From contig OZ218952.1 of NCBI GenBank assembly GCA_965112735.1, positions 1,364,001 through 1,428,000 of the forward strand: a stretch of 64,000 nt of DNA, written 5' to 3'. A program made the translations under genes and the position numbers. This DNA is from Phaeosaccion multiseriatum (taxonomy: Eukaryota > Protista > Ochrophyta, other classes). The notes under the pieces are model-generated. The model was not told the origin of the DNA, did no database searches, and saw only the letters and a program-made list of their open reading frames with translations. Below, piece by piece: positions 14,363-27,328 of the stretch (position 1 is its first letter; every line of letters starts with the position of its first letter).

Positions 14363-14968
14363 GCAGTCTGACCACGCACGCGCACACGACGGGTTGGAAA
14401 CCTTGGATATTACCGGTGGCAGACAGACTTGATGGGGTTCTTTGTTACTTTAAAGGAGCGAGCAGCAGCGTGTAGGGGAGGCGCTGGCCTGGGGTTGTGC
14501 TGATCTCGGGCCTCACAGGCCATATAGGGGCGCGGGAGAGAATGCACAGATATATGGACGACTATAGACACACTTCCTTCCTAATTAAGTAGATAGACTT
14601 ATATAACCACACTATACGCATGATACATTGCACATCCTCCTGGAGCTGGCCGAGCCCACCCCCCCCTCCCCTCCTGGATTAATGTGATGGACTGGGGCGC
14701 GTGGGTGAAGGAAGGGATGGAACCAGGCCGGCTGGCGCCGGCCAGAACCAGGAACCAGGGTCGCTCAGAACCATGTCAGGGGCCGAAAAGAAGGAAGGAA
14801 GGAAGGAAGGAAGGAAGGAAGGAAGGAAGGAAGGAAGGAAAGAAGATATGGAAATTGGCCGCCATCTGTGACCCCGCGTCTATCACCACCATCCTAGCTA
14901 ATCTTATCCTCATAGCCACCCGCCCCAAAAAACAACCGAGCGCAACGGCAAGAAGGCTATATGGATCA

Positions 14969-17900
14969 ATGCAGAAGATGAGAACTTCGGTGGCTGCAGG
15001 AGTCCTCGTCTTCCCTGCTTCGGCGGCTTTGGCGGCTCTTGCTAGAGGTGGGGCAACAGTTGCATCCCAACCTTCGCTCAAGCGAGACTGGCGTGGCTGC
15101 TTCATTCATCTACAGGGAGCGGGAGGGCGCTATTGCTCTAGTATTGCTAGCAGAGGGTGGAACGCGGACCGAGCAGGAGGGCAAAAAGCTATTGCTGCAG
15201 GGCAGTCTCTGAGAGGCCTGCACATACCCATGGCGACAGGGGCATCATCACCAGCAGGAGAAGGAGGGGGAGTACTACAAGTAGGAGGAGTGGAAACTCG
15301 AAGACGAGTAGGAGTAGCCCAAGGAAGGGGCCATGGGTCGCTGTTGGGGGAACTGGGGGGGGGCGAAGATGCGGCTCGAGGAAAAGGCAGGGGAGGAGAA
15401 GCAGCTGCTGCCGCTGCCGTCGGGGAGGCTGGCGCTGCGGAAGGCGCTCGAGGACGCCTCAAAGATGACGAAAGGAGTACTATCACTGTGGACAGTAGCA
15501 GTATTAGCAGTGACCGCAGTGTGGAGGGCGTATTAGAAGGAGAAGCAGGTGGAGATGAAGAAGGAGAGGCAGAGGCAGAGCAACCACCCCGTTACATCCA
15601 AAAGAAAGGAGCTTCGCAGAGAAGGCGGGAGAAGAGGATGCGTCGGATGGTGTTGATACAGAAGGGCAAGGGGCGCCAAGACGGTACGGAAGACTCGGGC
15701 CACAGTCTCAGCCCGGGGAGGCCCGACGAAGTGAAGGAGGATAGGAAGAACATCTTCCAGCGCTTGCGGGCTGGAGAGATGGTACGTTTCGTCAGCAAGG
15801 TGATGTATGATGGGACAGGCTTCAGTGGATTCCAGGTGCAGCTTGGGAAGGTCCCGTTCCGGACGGTGCAGGGGGAGATTGAGGGAGCGCTCAGTAGGAG
15901 ATTCCAAAGACAGGTATGGATGTCTCTCTGGCTACAATTACCATTTGTAGCAGTGAGAGCGAGAGAGAGAGAGGCAGAGGAGGTGGCGGGGGAGGGAGGG
16001 GGTGCAAAGAACGTGCTGGCGCAGGAGGGAGGCAGGACTGGCAAGTGCAGTGCAAAGCAGCGCGGGGTGGGGCGGGCTCAGGAAGACGCCGTCTGACTCG
16101 ACTTTCGTCATGCTGCCTGCCATTTCCCCTCAACCCCTCCCCTCTGGGCTGTGCTGTGTCTCGGCTGCTGCTGCGGTTGCTATTGTGGTGCTCTTGGCAT
16201 TGGGCATGTGCTGCATATGCGGCACCCCAAACAACGATACTTGGGCACCCCAAATAACAACAGGTACCCATCATGTCAGCAGGGCGGACAGACGGAGGTA
16301 AGGGAGGAGCGTCTCAGGGAAGCACCCACTGATGTCAGCGTCCGAGTCAGAGAATCAGAATCAGACCTCGACACTCGCGGTACTCTCACCACATAGAGCT
16401 TTGAGTGGTTCCCACGCCACCCTCCCCCCAATCTGCTGCGGTTCTTTCCCTTGCCTTACTCTGTCTTGGCGCTGCTGCTACTGCTACTGTGTCACCAACC
16501 GCTGCTGTATCACCAACTCCCCCTGGTTGATGGATTTATTGACTGATGGATTGGTAGGTGTGCATGCAAGGGGGCAAGTGTTCCATCTCGACCTGTCCCC
16601 GAGCGAAGGGGCGGACCTTCCCAAGCTCAGCCATCAGCTCAATCGCATGATGCCAGAGGTAAGCACTGCCCCCTCTATTGCTGCTATTCCTCCTCGTCCT
16701 CCTCCTCCTCCTCCTCCCACTCCTCCTCCTCCTCCTCCTCCTCCTGCTGCTGCTGCTGCTGCTGCTCCTCCTCCTCCTCCTGCTCTTGCTCTTGCTTGCT
16801 CCACTTGTGCTCCCCTTTACCCTTTGTACCCCCCCTCACCACTCCTATCCCCACCCCCCCCCCTTCCTCCTCTTTCAGGACGTGCGGGTGCTTGACTTCA
16901 GCCCCGCACCCATCGGGAACGCTTATCAGCAGGAGAAGGGCCTTCCGTGGAATGCCAATCTCAATTCCGTGGGGAAGCTGTACATGTAAGGGGTCACTCC
17001 CTCGGAAGCTTCAGGCAGGCGGGCAGAGAGGCAGGCAATCAGGCAGTCAGACAGGCAGGCAGGCAGGAAGAGAGGCAGGTAGTCAGCCAGGCAGATAGGT
17101 AGGCAGTCAGTCAGTCAGTCAGTCAGTCAGTCAGTCAGAAGCCTCAAGCAGAGATGTTTTTGGTTTTTGGTGTCTTCCGTCACAGACGACCCCTAAACCC
17201 CGCAGCTTCTGTATCACCAACTGCTGCCCCTCCGCCTATCACCTATCCCACTCCCCCCACAGCTATCGCCTATTCTTTGGAAAGGTGCAGAACCCTTTGG
17301 ACCGAATCACACGCTGGCACTGGCCCCTAGGTAAGTGTAATTGTGTGTGTGTATGTGTGTGTGTGTGTGTAAGTGTGCGTGTATATGTGTACCAGCCACC
17401 AATCAACTTGACCTCCACCACAATACAATGTTATCCACCCAAGCTTCCACAGCATCTATCAATGTGGCGTCCTCTGATTCTCTCCCGCTCTCTCTCTCTG
17501 CCCTCTCTCTCCGTCTCTGTCTCTCTCTCCCCTCTCTCTCCTCGCCTCTCTCCCCTCTCTCTCCTCGCCTCTTTCCCGGTCTGTGTCTCTTTTTCGCCTC
17601 TCTCTCTCTCAGCACTGGACTTGGAGCTGTTCGAGCAAGCGGCAATGCTCTTCAAAGGAGAGCACAATTTCGCGGGATTTGCGAATGAGGTGAGCAGCAA
17701 AAGAGTAAGAGCAACAGCACCAGCAAAGGCAAGAGCAAGAGGGAAGCCCGGCAAAGCCCACAGTGGGCCTTCCTTTGTGCTTTTATGCATTCTGGCCCGG
17801 GGGGGGCGGGATGAGCTAGCGCCCTTCTGATCCGGTTTCGAGCTTCTTCTTCTCCCAGTCTTCCTCTCTTCCCCTTTCTCTCCTTCCCCTTCTCTCCCTC

Positions 17901-18884
17901 CCCTCCCTCCCTCCCCTCTCTCCCCCTCTCTCTCGCACACGCTCACCTCTCTTCCTCTCTTGGTCTCCCCATCTGCCTCCTCTGCCCTCCTCCTCCTCCT
18001 CCTCCTCCTCCTCCTCCTCTGTCCTCTTTCTCCTCCTCCTCCTCCTCCCTCCCTCCCCCCTCCTCTCTCTTGACTGCAGATCGAGCGCAAAGAGCGTGGC
18101 CTGAGGGAGCTGGGCGTAATCACAGATGCCAAACCGCTGGACACCGTCCGCAACGTCCATGAGATCAAGGTTGTGGACGAGGGGCTCGGCAACTACCGCG
18201 TGGAGGTGCGCCTCAACGGAGCACTGTATAAGATGATTCGGAACATGATCGGGGCGATGCTGGCAGGTGAGAGAGGAGAGAGGAGGGGGGGGTGGGAGGG
18301 AGAGAGATATAGTAGACAGAGAGAGAAGGGAGAGAAAAAAAGAGCGGAGATGTGGAGAGGGAACGAAAAGGCCGTACGAGAACTTGCCCCCCGACGCTGC
18401 GGGCGCGGGGTGGATTCAGAGATGGAGGGCTTTCTGGGGAAGAGGACAGAGGAGCTGACATGGTGCCCCATCTTATGATCTCTCTTTCTGGCTGTGACCA
18501 CCCTAACTTGCTCCGTCGGCTTTCGCTCGATCTCTCTTTTTCTTGCGGGCTTGTCGGTTTATCTGTCACTCTTTCTATCCGTCTCCCTCTCTCACCCCCT
18601 CTCCCTCTTCTTCCCTCCCCCTCCTCTCTCTCTCTCTCTCTCTCGCCTCCTCTCCCTCTGCGCCTCCCCCTCTCTCTCTCCCTCTCCCCCTATGACCCGC
18701 TCTCTCTCCATTGCCCTCTTGGGCCGCTGGATGCTTCTCTCGTACCGTAGTGGCCGATGGTCGCATGGAAATGGAGGAGCTAGCTCGTGCCATTGAGACA
18801 GGACAGAGGCCTTCCGTGAAATTCAAGCCGGCGGACCCTCATGGACTTACTCTCGAGCAAGTATTTTATGAGGACTATGAATGA
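14969..18884 (+). CDS. truA: tRNA pseudouridine synthase A (TruA/Pus1 family) with long N-terminal extension, probably organellar
   Basis: Exons 14969-15913, 16264-16296, 16558-16658, 16879-16985, 17263-17330, 17613-17689, 18079-18266, 18751-18884. Motifs MYDGTGFSGFQ.Q..TVQGEIE.AL, SAGRTDGGVHARGQV (catalytic Asp), FKGEHNFAGF, ALYKMIRNMIG, PHGLTLEQVFY. Confidence 0.9.
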
Positions 18885-19679
18885 GGGAGCAAGGCCACAG
18901 AACGTCGCAGCTGAGTGAGGGAGGAGGGAGGATCGAGGTCGGTCGCACGCCGAGTGAGTGAGGCAGGAGGGTCGCAAGCTGAGTGAGGGAGAGAGGAGGG
19001 TCACACTGAGTGAGTTGCCAGTGTGGGGTGGGGGGTGATGATGCTGGGCCTCTTTTCACCTCCTCTTTTGAGGGGGGCGGCGGGGGCGGGTATTATTGCA
19101 GGGAGGGCATGAGAGAAGTCACAACATTAATTTACATTGATGATAAGATTTTACACACGCTCCCTGCACCTCAGCCAGAGGCTTGTCCGATGACGGACGG
19201 ACCCACTCGACATGGCACCGCATCCGAACAGGACTCAATGTGCGGGCACGGCAACAGCCGCCCCCGATTAGGCCGTTGCCGTCCTCAAGGTGCACAGGCT
19301 GACACTTGCTTGTCTCCACATGACCACCCTGTGGTCTCCCTACTTGACTGCCTCCCCATCCCGTGCGACGGGACCGTAGCGTCAGCGTGCCCTCCTCTGC
19401 CCCAGGGGTGCCCCTCCTTCTTTCCTCCGTGACGCCTCACGGTCGAAGCAGGAACAGGAGTGGAGGGGGTCCAATGCGTGAATGCCCCCCATCAGGCTCA
19501 AAGACCCTGATCGCTCAGCCCCAGCCGTCGCAGGTCATTCGGCACGGGGCCCCTTCCTCTGCCAAGCTCAGCGTCGCCCCCCTGTGACCCACACGATACC
19601 CTTTCGGACCCCCTCCCTCCCTCTGCCGAGCACACCTGCAACCCTCTCGGTTGGGCAGACGTTCCCTGTTCATCAGTAG

Positions 19680-21086
19680 CTAAAGTGATGATGGGCCGTT
19701 GGTTGTTCGGCCCATTTCCAAAGCCACCTCGAGCATAGTCTCAGAGTGAACGTCCCTCTCCTGCGGCGGTACGCCCCTCTGCTTGCCAAAGGTGGGGTCG
19801 GTTACGCGCATCAGGTCCAGGGCAGTCTGCGATGCAAAGTGCTCCCTTGCTGCGGCGAGGAGGATCTGCTGGATCTCTTCGGCTATAGGGTAAGCACCAT
19901 TCTGCTGTACGCAGGCCAGGGCAATGTCCACCGAGGCTCCGGCGCAGAGGAGCTGCTGAACCATCCCATGTTGGCCACCCATGATGGCGGCGAGTAATGG
20001 GGTAGACCCACTCGTGGCCAACACATCACATGGACACCCTGCGTCGAGAAGACGGGCCACCACTGCCCCGTGCCCATAGCGAGCAGCAAAGTGAAGAGGA
20101 GTGAAGCCATCGCTGCTCCCCGCAAAATCCACCTTCGCACCAGCACGGAGAAGCCGCCTCACTATTTCATCGTGGCCTCTGATAGAGGCGAGTACGAGAG
20201 GAGTCCAGCCCTCGCCAGTCATCGCGTCCACTCCGGCACCAGCTGACAGCAGCTTGTCCAGTACCGCTGCCTGCGCAGCATTCGCAGCGGAGTGCAGCGG
20301 ACTGCCTCCGGTTATGTCGCCTTCATCGAGGAGTGCGCCTGCTGAGATGAGGCGATGCACCACTAACACGTGACCCGCCTGAGACGCGATACAAAGCGGA
20401 GTGCATCGATCCACCTCGTCCATTAAGTTCACATTCGCCTTGGCCGAAAGAAGTGCCCCCACCACTGCAGCATGCCCTCGTGCAGAAGCTATAAAGAGCG
20501 GAGTGCTTCTCTCAGATAACGGAGTGCTTCTCTGAGATAAGGGAGTGCTTCTCCGAGATAACGAATGCACACTGGCGCTGGCCGAAAGAAGCGCCTCCAC
20601 AACTGAGAGAAATCCTTCCTCAGAAGCGATAAAGAGCGGAGTGAGCCCCATACCATCCGCCTGATCCACACTCGCTCCAGCTGAGACGAGAATATCCACA
20701 TAGTGTGCTCGACCCATCTCCGCCGCCATGGTCATCGCGGTACATCCAGTCGTATGTATCGGTTTGTCCAGGCGTGCTTTGCCCGTCTTTGAGACGAGTT
20801 TCGCCACCATCGCCTTGACCTCTGCTGGAGCCGCACCCATCATCATGGCCTCACCAAGTCGCACCCCCTCCTGTGCAGACCAGGGCAAGGAGGGAGGCCC
20901 GGGAGGCCGTGAGCTTTCGCCTTGACCCGAGGGTAGGGCGCCAGGACCAATGGATACCAAGCGTGACGAACATGGAGTGGGCATATACGAGAGGGAAATA
21001 GGCTGGGCCTCAAGGCGAAGGGCCGGGGCTGGGGGCTGTGCCCCCAGAAGAGATCTTACCTCAATGTCTAAAGCCGCCTCCGCCAT
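19680..21086 (-). CDS. Intronless ankyrin-repeat protein (468 aa, about 8 repeats)
   Basis: Repeated G.TPL..A...GH..VV..LL.AGA.V units; ATG preceded by an in-frame stop. Confidence 0.88.
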   Translation of the reverse strand: MAEAALDIEVRSLLGAQPPAPALRLEAQPISLSYMPTPCSSRLVSIGPGALPSGQGESSRPPGPPSLPWSAQEGVRLGEAMMMGAAPAEVKAMVAKLVSKTGKARLDKPIHTTGCTAMTMAAEMGRAHYVDILVSAGASVDQADGMGLTPLFIASEEGFLSVVEALLSASASVHSLSRRSTPLSQRSTPLSERSTPLFIASARGHAAVVGALLSAKANVNLMDEVDRCTPLCIASQAGHVLVVHRLISAGALLDEGDITGGSPLHSAANAAQAAVLDKLLSAGAGVDAMTGEGWTPLVLASIRGHDEIVRRLLRAGAKVDFAGSSDGFTPLHFAARYGHGAVVARLLDAGCPCDVLATSGSTPLLAAIMGGQHGMVQQLLCAGASVDIALACVQQNGAYPIAEEIQQILLAAAREHFASQTALDLMRVTDPTFGKQRGVPPQERDVHSETMLEVALEMGRTTNGPSSL

Positions 21087-21308
21087 AATTAGTAGCTCCT
21101 CACTCGGCCACTGTCTCCTCAGAAGTTGAAAAAATCACAGAGTAAGCAGCTGAAAGAGCACGCAGCTTCGAGCGAACTGTGGTACCGCTTTACAGGTGGA
21201 AGGGGGCAACGAAAAAGGGGAAAACGGGAGCATTTTTGAAGTCAACGATTGGGTGCGTTCTGACAATCTCCCTCCCTTCCTATCCCCTTCCATCCCCAAT
21301 CGTACGCA

Positions 21309-23544
21309 ATGCTGGGAAAGGCGTTCATTCCCGAGCTGGTGGGAGAGGCTGTGGACCTCTACCGCGAGAGCTACCAGCGTTTCCGCCTCGGGAAGGCGGG
21401 GGGGGCCAAAGGCGAGGTGGTGGAGGAGGTGCGGGTCCGTCTCGATCATTCGCAGAGCAGTAAAACAGGAGGAGAGGAAGAGAGAAGAAGAGGAATCTGG
21501 TTCACTGCAGAGCGGAGCACAAAGAAAGCTTGCTTTAGCATGGATCACTCTTTAGCAGACTCCCTTTCTCCACTCGTTTGGTACATCTTGTGCGCTTTCT
21601 CCCTCTGATTTTTTTATTATGGTCTTGTTACTGCTGTCTGTTGCGTTGCTGCGCAGGGCCCGAGCTGTAGGAGCCCTAAATCGTCGAGGAAGGAGTCCAA
21701 ACAAGGCGAGCAAGAGTATGACGAGGGGGAGGAAGACGAAGACTTTTTTAAGGAGCTTGGCAACGGAAAGCAAGATGCAATCTACCAGGAAATCTTCAGA
21801 TGGAGACTGCAATACCGCATGCACAGGTGCGTCCAGCCAAAGAGAGGATAATCCTCGTGCCAGGCATGAATGGAAGGCGGGGAGAGGAGGGGGGGGGCTG
21901 CGGTGCTGCAAGTGGCGATTCAGAAACTTGCGCGCCACAACGGATGTCTCTCGGGGATGGGCTTGCTGCTTTCTGTTCGTGTGCGCCACCCACCCACCCA
22001 ACCATGCATATCAAGCGCACGCCAGGCGCAAGATCCCTTCTATGAGCACCGACCATCGGATTGCTGAGCGCCAAGAACGCCTCATTCCCGCTCGCGCACA
22101 CACATCATTCCCGCTCCATCCCTCCCTCTCGGCCTTCCTTCCTTCCTTCCTTCCTCGCCTTTCCGGCCCAACCCTACCCTTCCCTACCCCATCCTACCCT
22201 ACCCTGCCCTACCCTACCCTACCCTACCCTACCCTACCCTGCCCTACCCTACCCTACCCTACCCTACCCTACCCTACCCTACCCTACCCTACCCTACCCT
22301 ACCCTGCTCCTCCCCCCTCGCGGTACACAGGAAGGGTGCAGCACAGGGAGCCAAGGGAGAGATCTGGGACGTGGGTGCCAAGAAGATGGACCACAAGCAT
22401 CTGAACATGCTCCCTGTCATGCAGCTTGCATCCGAAGAGGCTGCCAAAGCCTCGGCGATGGAGGCCAAGGCGGACGGAGAGAAGCCGTCTCGGGTGAGGG
22501 AGGGAGGGAGGGAGGGAGGGAGGGAGGGAGGGAGCGATGGAGGGGGGGGAGAGACAGGGAGAGAGGGAGGGAATGAGAGAGCGAGTTGATGGAACCAGAT
22601 ACATAACTCGCGTATCATCCCGACGCTGATGGCCATGACAGTACCACCCCTATACTGTGCCACCGGATCCAATTGCTCACGATCCAATCCTCCTATTCTC
22701 TTTGTTTCTCTCTTGTTTTTCTCCCTCTCTCTCTGTGTGTGCGTATGTGTGTGTGCGTGCGTCCCTCCAATAGCCCCCCGGGCCGCACATCCACATTGGA
22801 GCAGGCAAGCTCGGCTTGGGCCTCGTGGTACCCTGCATTGAGAACAGCGGGGTCAGATTCTCCGTGCTGCAGAGGCCCTCCAGTAGCTGGGCACTTCTCA
22901 TCGATGGAGTGGTAAGTGTGCTGGTCATCTGCGTGGTCGCCAGTATGGACGTGCCCCAAGGGAGCTCAGGGGCACGGCAGCGGGACAGGAGGGGGGTCGG
23001 AAACTGCTTCTCCATGTGAAACACACGCAAGGGAAGGGAAAGGGGAAAGAGCAAAGGCAAGAAGTCCGTCTCGGAAACAGCGCAACCCTTCTTTCACTCC
23101 TTTTCGTCCTTCTGCCTCGCGTTTTGTGTCATGCCTTGTGTGTCTGTTCTGTCTGTCTCCTCTCTCTCCATCTCTCTCTGCTTCTCTCTTCTGTCTCTGT
23201 CTGTGTGTCTTGTCTCTCGCCTCTCTCTGTCTTTCGCCTCTCCCTCTCCCCTCTTACTCTCTGTCTGCCGGTGTCTCTCTTGTCTCTCCCTCTCTCCCTC
23301 TCTCTCACACACTCACTCCCCCCCTCCTCATCTCGCAGGGAGATGACACCGAAGCCCTCCAGAGTGCTTCTGTAACGCTCGTGGTGGGGGAAGAGAAGAA
23401 GAGCGTCATGTCTCTCGAGACGGAGAAAACAGTTTTCGCCCCCGAAGAAGGAGGTACGTACGGCCACCGGGCAGGAGTCAACACTGCGATTGCGATGTGG
23501 TGCCCTCTCTCATCCATGGCTCGGCCTGTCTTTCTTTCACTCCA

Positions 23545-23591
<47 letters not shown>

Positions 23592-23667
23592 TTCTATCAC
23601 TCCATCTGTTCGTGCGTCCGCCTGTGTTCGCGTCTGTCGTCTCTCTGCCTGCCTTTCTTTCTCTCGC

Positions 23668-23712
<45 letters not shown>

Positions 23713-23744
23713 GTCTGTCTCTCTGCCTGTTTATCTGTCTGTCT

Positions 23745-23794
<50 letters not shown>

Positions 23795-23819
23795 ATCTGT
23801 CTGTCTCTCTGTCTGTTTA

Positions 23820-23852
<33 letters not shown>

Positions 23853-25759
23853 TTGTTTGTCTCTCTGTCTGTCTCTCTGCCTACCTGTCTGCCTGTCTGT
23901 CTGTATATCTGTCTACCTGTCTATCTGCCTGTCTGCCTGTCTGCCTGTCTGCCTGTCTGCCTGTCTGCCTGTCTGCCTGTCTGCCTGTCTGCCTGTCTAT
24001 CTTTCATATCTGTGGTGCCCTCTCTCATCCACCTGTCCACGTGTCTCTCTCTTTCTCTCTGCCTGCCTGCCCACCTGCCTGCCTGCCTGCCGGCCTGCCA
24101 GCTTGTCCCTCTCGTCTCTCGCCCCTTCAACCACCCATCCCATCACATCCCATCCCTTCCCATCCCATCATCCCATCCCATCCCATCCCATCCCATCCCA
24201 TCCACTGCCTTCCCACCCCATCCCATCCACTGCCATCCTCTATGTACTGCTCAGACGTGTCGAGCTCCTTGCACAATGGAGTCTTCGTGCTGCGCGGCGA
24301 CGAGGACGGCCGTGTATCGAACATGGTCCGAACCGCAAAGTCGTTCAGTGTCTCCCTTGGGCCCGCTGTCAACGAAGTTGTGGCTCCCCTCCTCCTGGGG
24401 TAAGGGACGAGAGTTTCAGTTTGTTATTAGACCCTCCAACAACACACGCCCCTCAACAAATCCATATCGAATTGTGCTGGGGTAAGGGACCAAAGGCGAG
24501 AGGTGCGCAGAGTCTAATATGTGTGTGTGCGTGCCCCTCCCCCCCCCCCCCCTGCCCTCTCTCTCCCCCTCCTTCTCGCCCCTCCTCCCTCCTTGCCCCC
24601 CTTCCTCCCCTCCCCCGCCAGAGCCCTCCCCGTGGTCTCTGAGGACAAGGACCGGCCTGTGCTGTACGCCTGCGAGAATGACCACGACGCTGTTCACAAG
24701 CTGGCGACGACCCTCAAGGGCCGGGTGGATGTCGTATCCTGTATGGTGGACAAGATTTGCACCTCCAGAAAGGTCCGTCCGATGCATCCGTCCGTCCGTC
24801 CTTCTGTCTCATGTTGGAGATACGGGTGGTGTAAGGCTTGGGCGGGGGTGAAGTGGAGGGAGGGCGGGAAGGAGGGATGAAGAAGGTGGGGAAGGAGGGA
24901 GGGTAGTGGGCTGGCGCTCCTCCGTGCGACCCCCAAACAACCAACCGACCCCCCACCCCTCCCACTTCCCTTATCCGAACCAAACAGATCACAGCTGACT
25001 CGGTGATCGTGGGTGCAGAGACTTACCCGGGTGAGATAGTGGTGCTGGCCCCCCCCGATTACGTAGGGGCACCCCCCTTCAAGGCGAAGGGCGTGATGGT
25101 GGCCCGGCGTAAAGCGCACGCTGAGTACTTGTGCCAGAGGAAGCTCGTCATGGTCAATGGTGAGTAGAAGAGTGTCAAGTTACAAGGATTGCCCTTCGTT
25201 TTTTGGTCGATGTAGAGAGCATTGCTTCGCGTTGTCATCGTTTAAGGTTGCGTTGCTTGGCTTGGCTTGGCTTTGTTTGGCTTGGCGTTACATTACCCCA
25301 CGTAGCTAATCCCCACCTCCGCCCCCTCCTCCTCCCCCTCCCCCCACCCCACCCCACCACACCACACCCCCGCCCTCCTCCTCCCCCTCCCCTCCTGCTC
25401 CTCCTGCTCAGGCATGCACACAACGCTGGCCTTCACCACTCTGTGCAGGGGCCATGAACCCAACACTGGGCTTCACGGAGAGGCGTGGAAGGATTTGCCG
25501 CTTCTCACCCCCAAAAGCGCCGAGGAGGACGATCAGAAGCTTTTCTGGCTGTGGTGCGTGCGTGCGTGCGTGCATGTGTGTGTGTTTGCGTGTGGGCGTG
25601 CGTGCGTAATACCGTAATACATGTGTGTAGATAGATCCGAGTGTGTATTTTGTGCTTGTGGTATCTGTATGTTGTGTGTTGGGGGGGGGGGCTGCCTGTC
25701 TGGCTGGGCTGACCTCACTGTTCTCTGTCTGACCTCGTGTGGACCAAGAGCCCCTCTCC

Positions 25760-25791
<32 letters not shown>

Positions 25792-25792
25792 C

Positions 25793-25851
<59 letters not shown>

Positions 25852-27328
25852 CTGTCTCTCTCTCTCTCTCTTCTGTCTGTCTCTCTCTCTCTCTCTGCAT
25901 GTCTTCCTCTCTCTTGCTTCTCTCTGCTCTCCCTCCTCCCCCCGCCTCTGTTCCCCTCTCTCTGGCACCTCACACGTGTGGGGAAGAGTTGAGGCTTTGG
26001 CCTTACTCTCCACCTCCCCCCCAATGACCAAAGCCGTTACCACCAACCTCCCCGCCCTTAATGTGCTGTTGTTTTGCTATCCCTCCTCCCCCCCCTCCCT
26101 CAGGGCCGTGGCTCGTATTCTGTATCTCACCTCTCAACATGAGCCCCAGGTGCGCTATCCCCCCCACCATCCACTGCCATCCCCTGTGACAGGACGAGGG
26201 CTTTGCTTTGCCCGAAGAATCTCCCGTTGGCCGGCCTGTGCTGTATCACCAGCTGGTATACTTGGCTCTGATGTGCCTCCCCGTTTTCAACTCTCTCTCC
26301 TCCCCTCTCGTCCCCATCCACTGCCATCCCTTGTGCACAGGTCATGAAAGCTGCCCATGGCATTACCTCCGATACGGATTTAGTGGACATTTTGCTTGAA
26401 TACGCCGAGGGCACGTTGGTGAGGAGGAGGGGGAGGATGAGGAGGAGGAGGAGTAGTAGCAGTAGTAGTAGTAGTAGAAGTAGAAGTAATAGTAGTAGTA
26501 GTAGGAGTAGGAGGAGGAAGATGGAAGGCCCGACCATGTCCACCCCACCAGAGCCGCTCCTCCCCTCCTCTTGGGTTCCCTGTGGGCTCTCCTCTGGTGG
26601 CGGGTCTTGTCGTGTCTGTCGGGTGGGTCTCCCCTCGCGTGTGTGCGTAGAGCAGAGCAGAGGAGGGATGCGTGTGTGTGTGTGTGCTTGCCCCCTGTGT
26701 CCTACATAGAACAGGACATGGTAAACGAACCTTTCTCTCACCCTCTCTCTCTCTCCCCCTCCCCCCCTCTCCCCCTCTCCCTCTCTGCCTCTCTCTTTGT
26801 CCACCCTGTGATGCTCTGCGTGACTGCCTTGTACCCTTGGTGTGTACTATTGGTCTGTGTGCATTGGCCTTTCTGCACATTGTTTGTCCCCATGGCCAAC
26901 CATTAAAACCCCAAACAGGAGCGCTTCTCCTCTGTGGAGGATAAGTGCGGCAGGGTGCTTGGAGGGGGCGTGAGCAATCGGTGGGAAGGTGAGTGCGTGC
27001 GTGCGCGAGTCCCCAGTCTCCCTACTCGGTTCTATCTCCCCCCCCCCCTCTCTTCCTCACTTTCTTTCTCTCTCTCCCTCTCTCTCCTCCTCCTCTCTCT
27101 CCCTCCCTCACCATCCCTCCCTCTCTCTCTCTTCCCTCTGCAGGCCGACTGAAACCAGTTGACGACATCCTAAAGGAGGATTTTGGCCACAGAAAGTTAC
27201 GCCGCTGCCTCCTGCACAAGGCGGGCGTGAAGGAGGAGGACGTGCGAAAGGCCGTGTCGACACTTGTAGAGGAGAGTAAGCGCTTCACGGGTGTCTATGT
27301 CAAGCGGCAGTCGTTCGTGTCCGGGTAG
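21309..27328 (+). CDS. M1PDH: Mannitol-1-phosphate 5-dehydrogenase (algal type, long-chain polyol dehydrogenase)
   Basis: 13 exons: 21309-21428, 21657-21826, 22331-22493, 22774-22911, 23339-23453, 24255-24399, 24622-24772, 24988-25159, 25412-25553, 26104-26149, 26341-26418, 26919-26988, 27144-27328; phases consistent. Rossmann HIGAGKLGLGLVVP, SVSLGP, LYACEND, CMVDKIC, catalytic RKLVMVNGMHT. Confidence 0.85.
22170..22305. repeat. (ACCCT)n pentamer microsatellite in M1PDH intron 2
   Basis: About 25 ACCCT/GCCCT units. Confidence 0.9.
23525..24000. repeat. (CTGT)n / (CTGCCTGT)n compound microsatellite in M1PDH intron 5
   Basis: Tetramer repeat grading into an octamer repeat. Confidence 0.9.

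Noticed and set aside
22916-24642. Long LSVC-repeat ORFs and similar GREG, THTH and PSPPL ORFs throughout the window
   Set aside because: Translations of intronic microsatellites.
26241-26261. Resemblance of TATCACC...GGTA to phage lambda operators
   Set aside because: Short match in a eukaryotic intron with no phage sequence; treated as coincidence.
7830-27328. Metabolic gene cluster (FTHFS + M1PDH)
   Set aside because: Unrelated pathways separated by TruA and ankyrin genes; no evidence of functional clustering.
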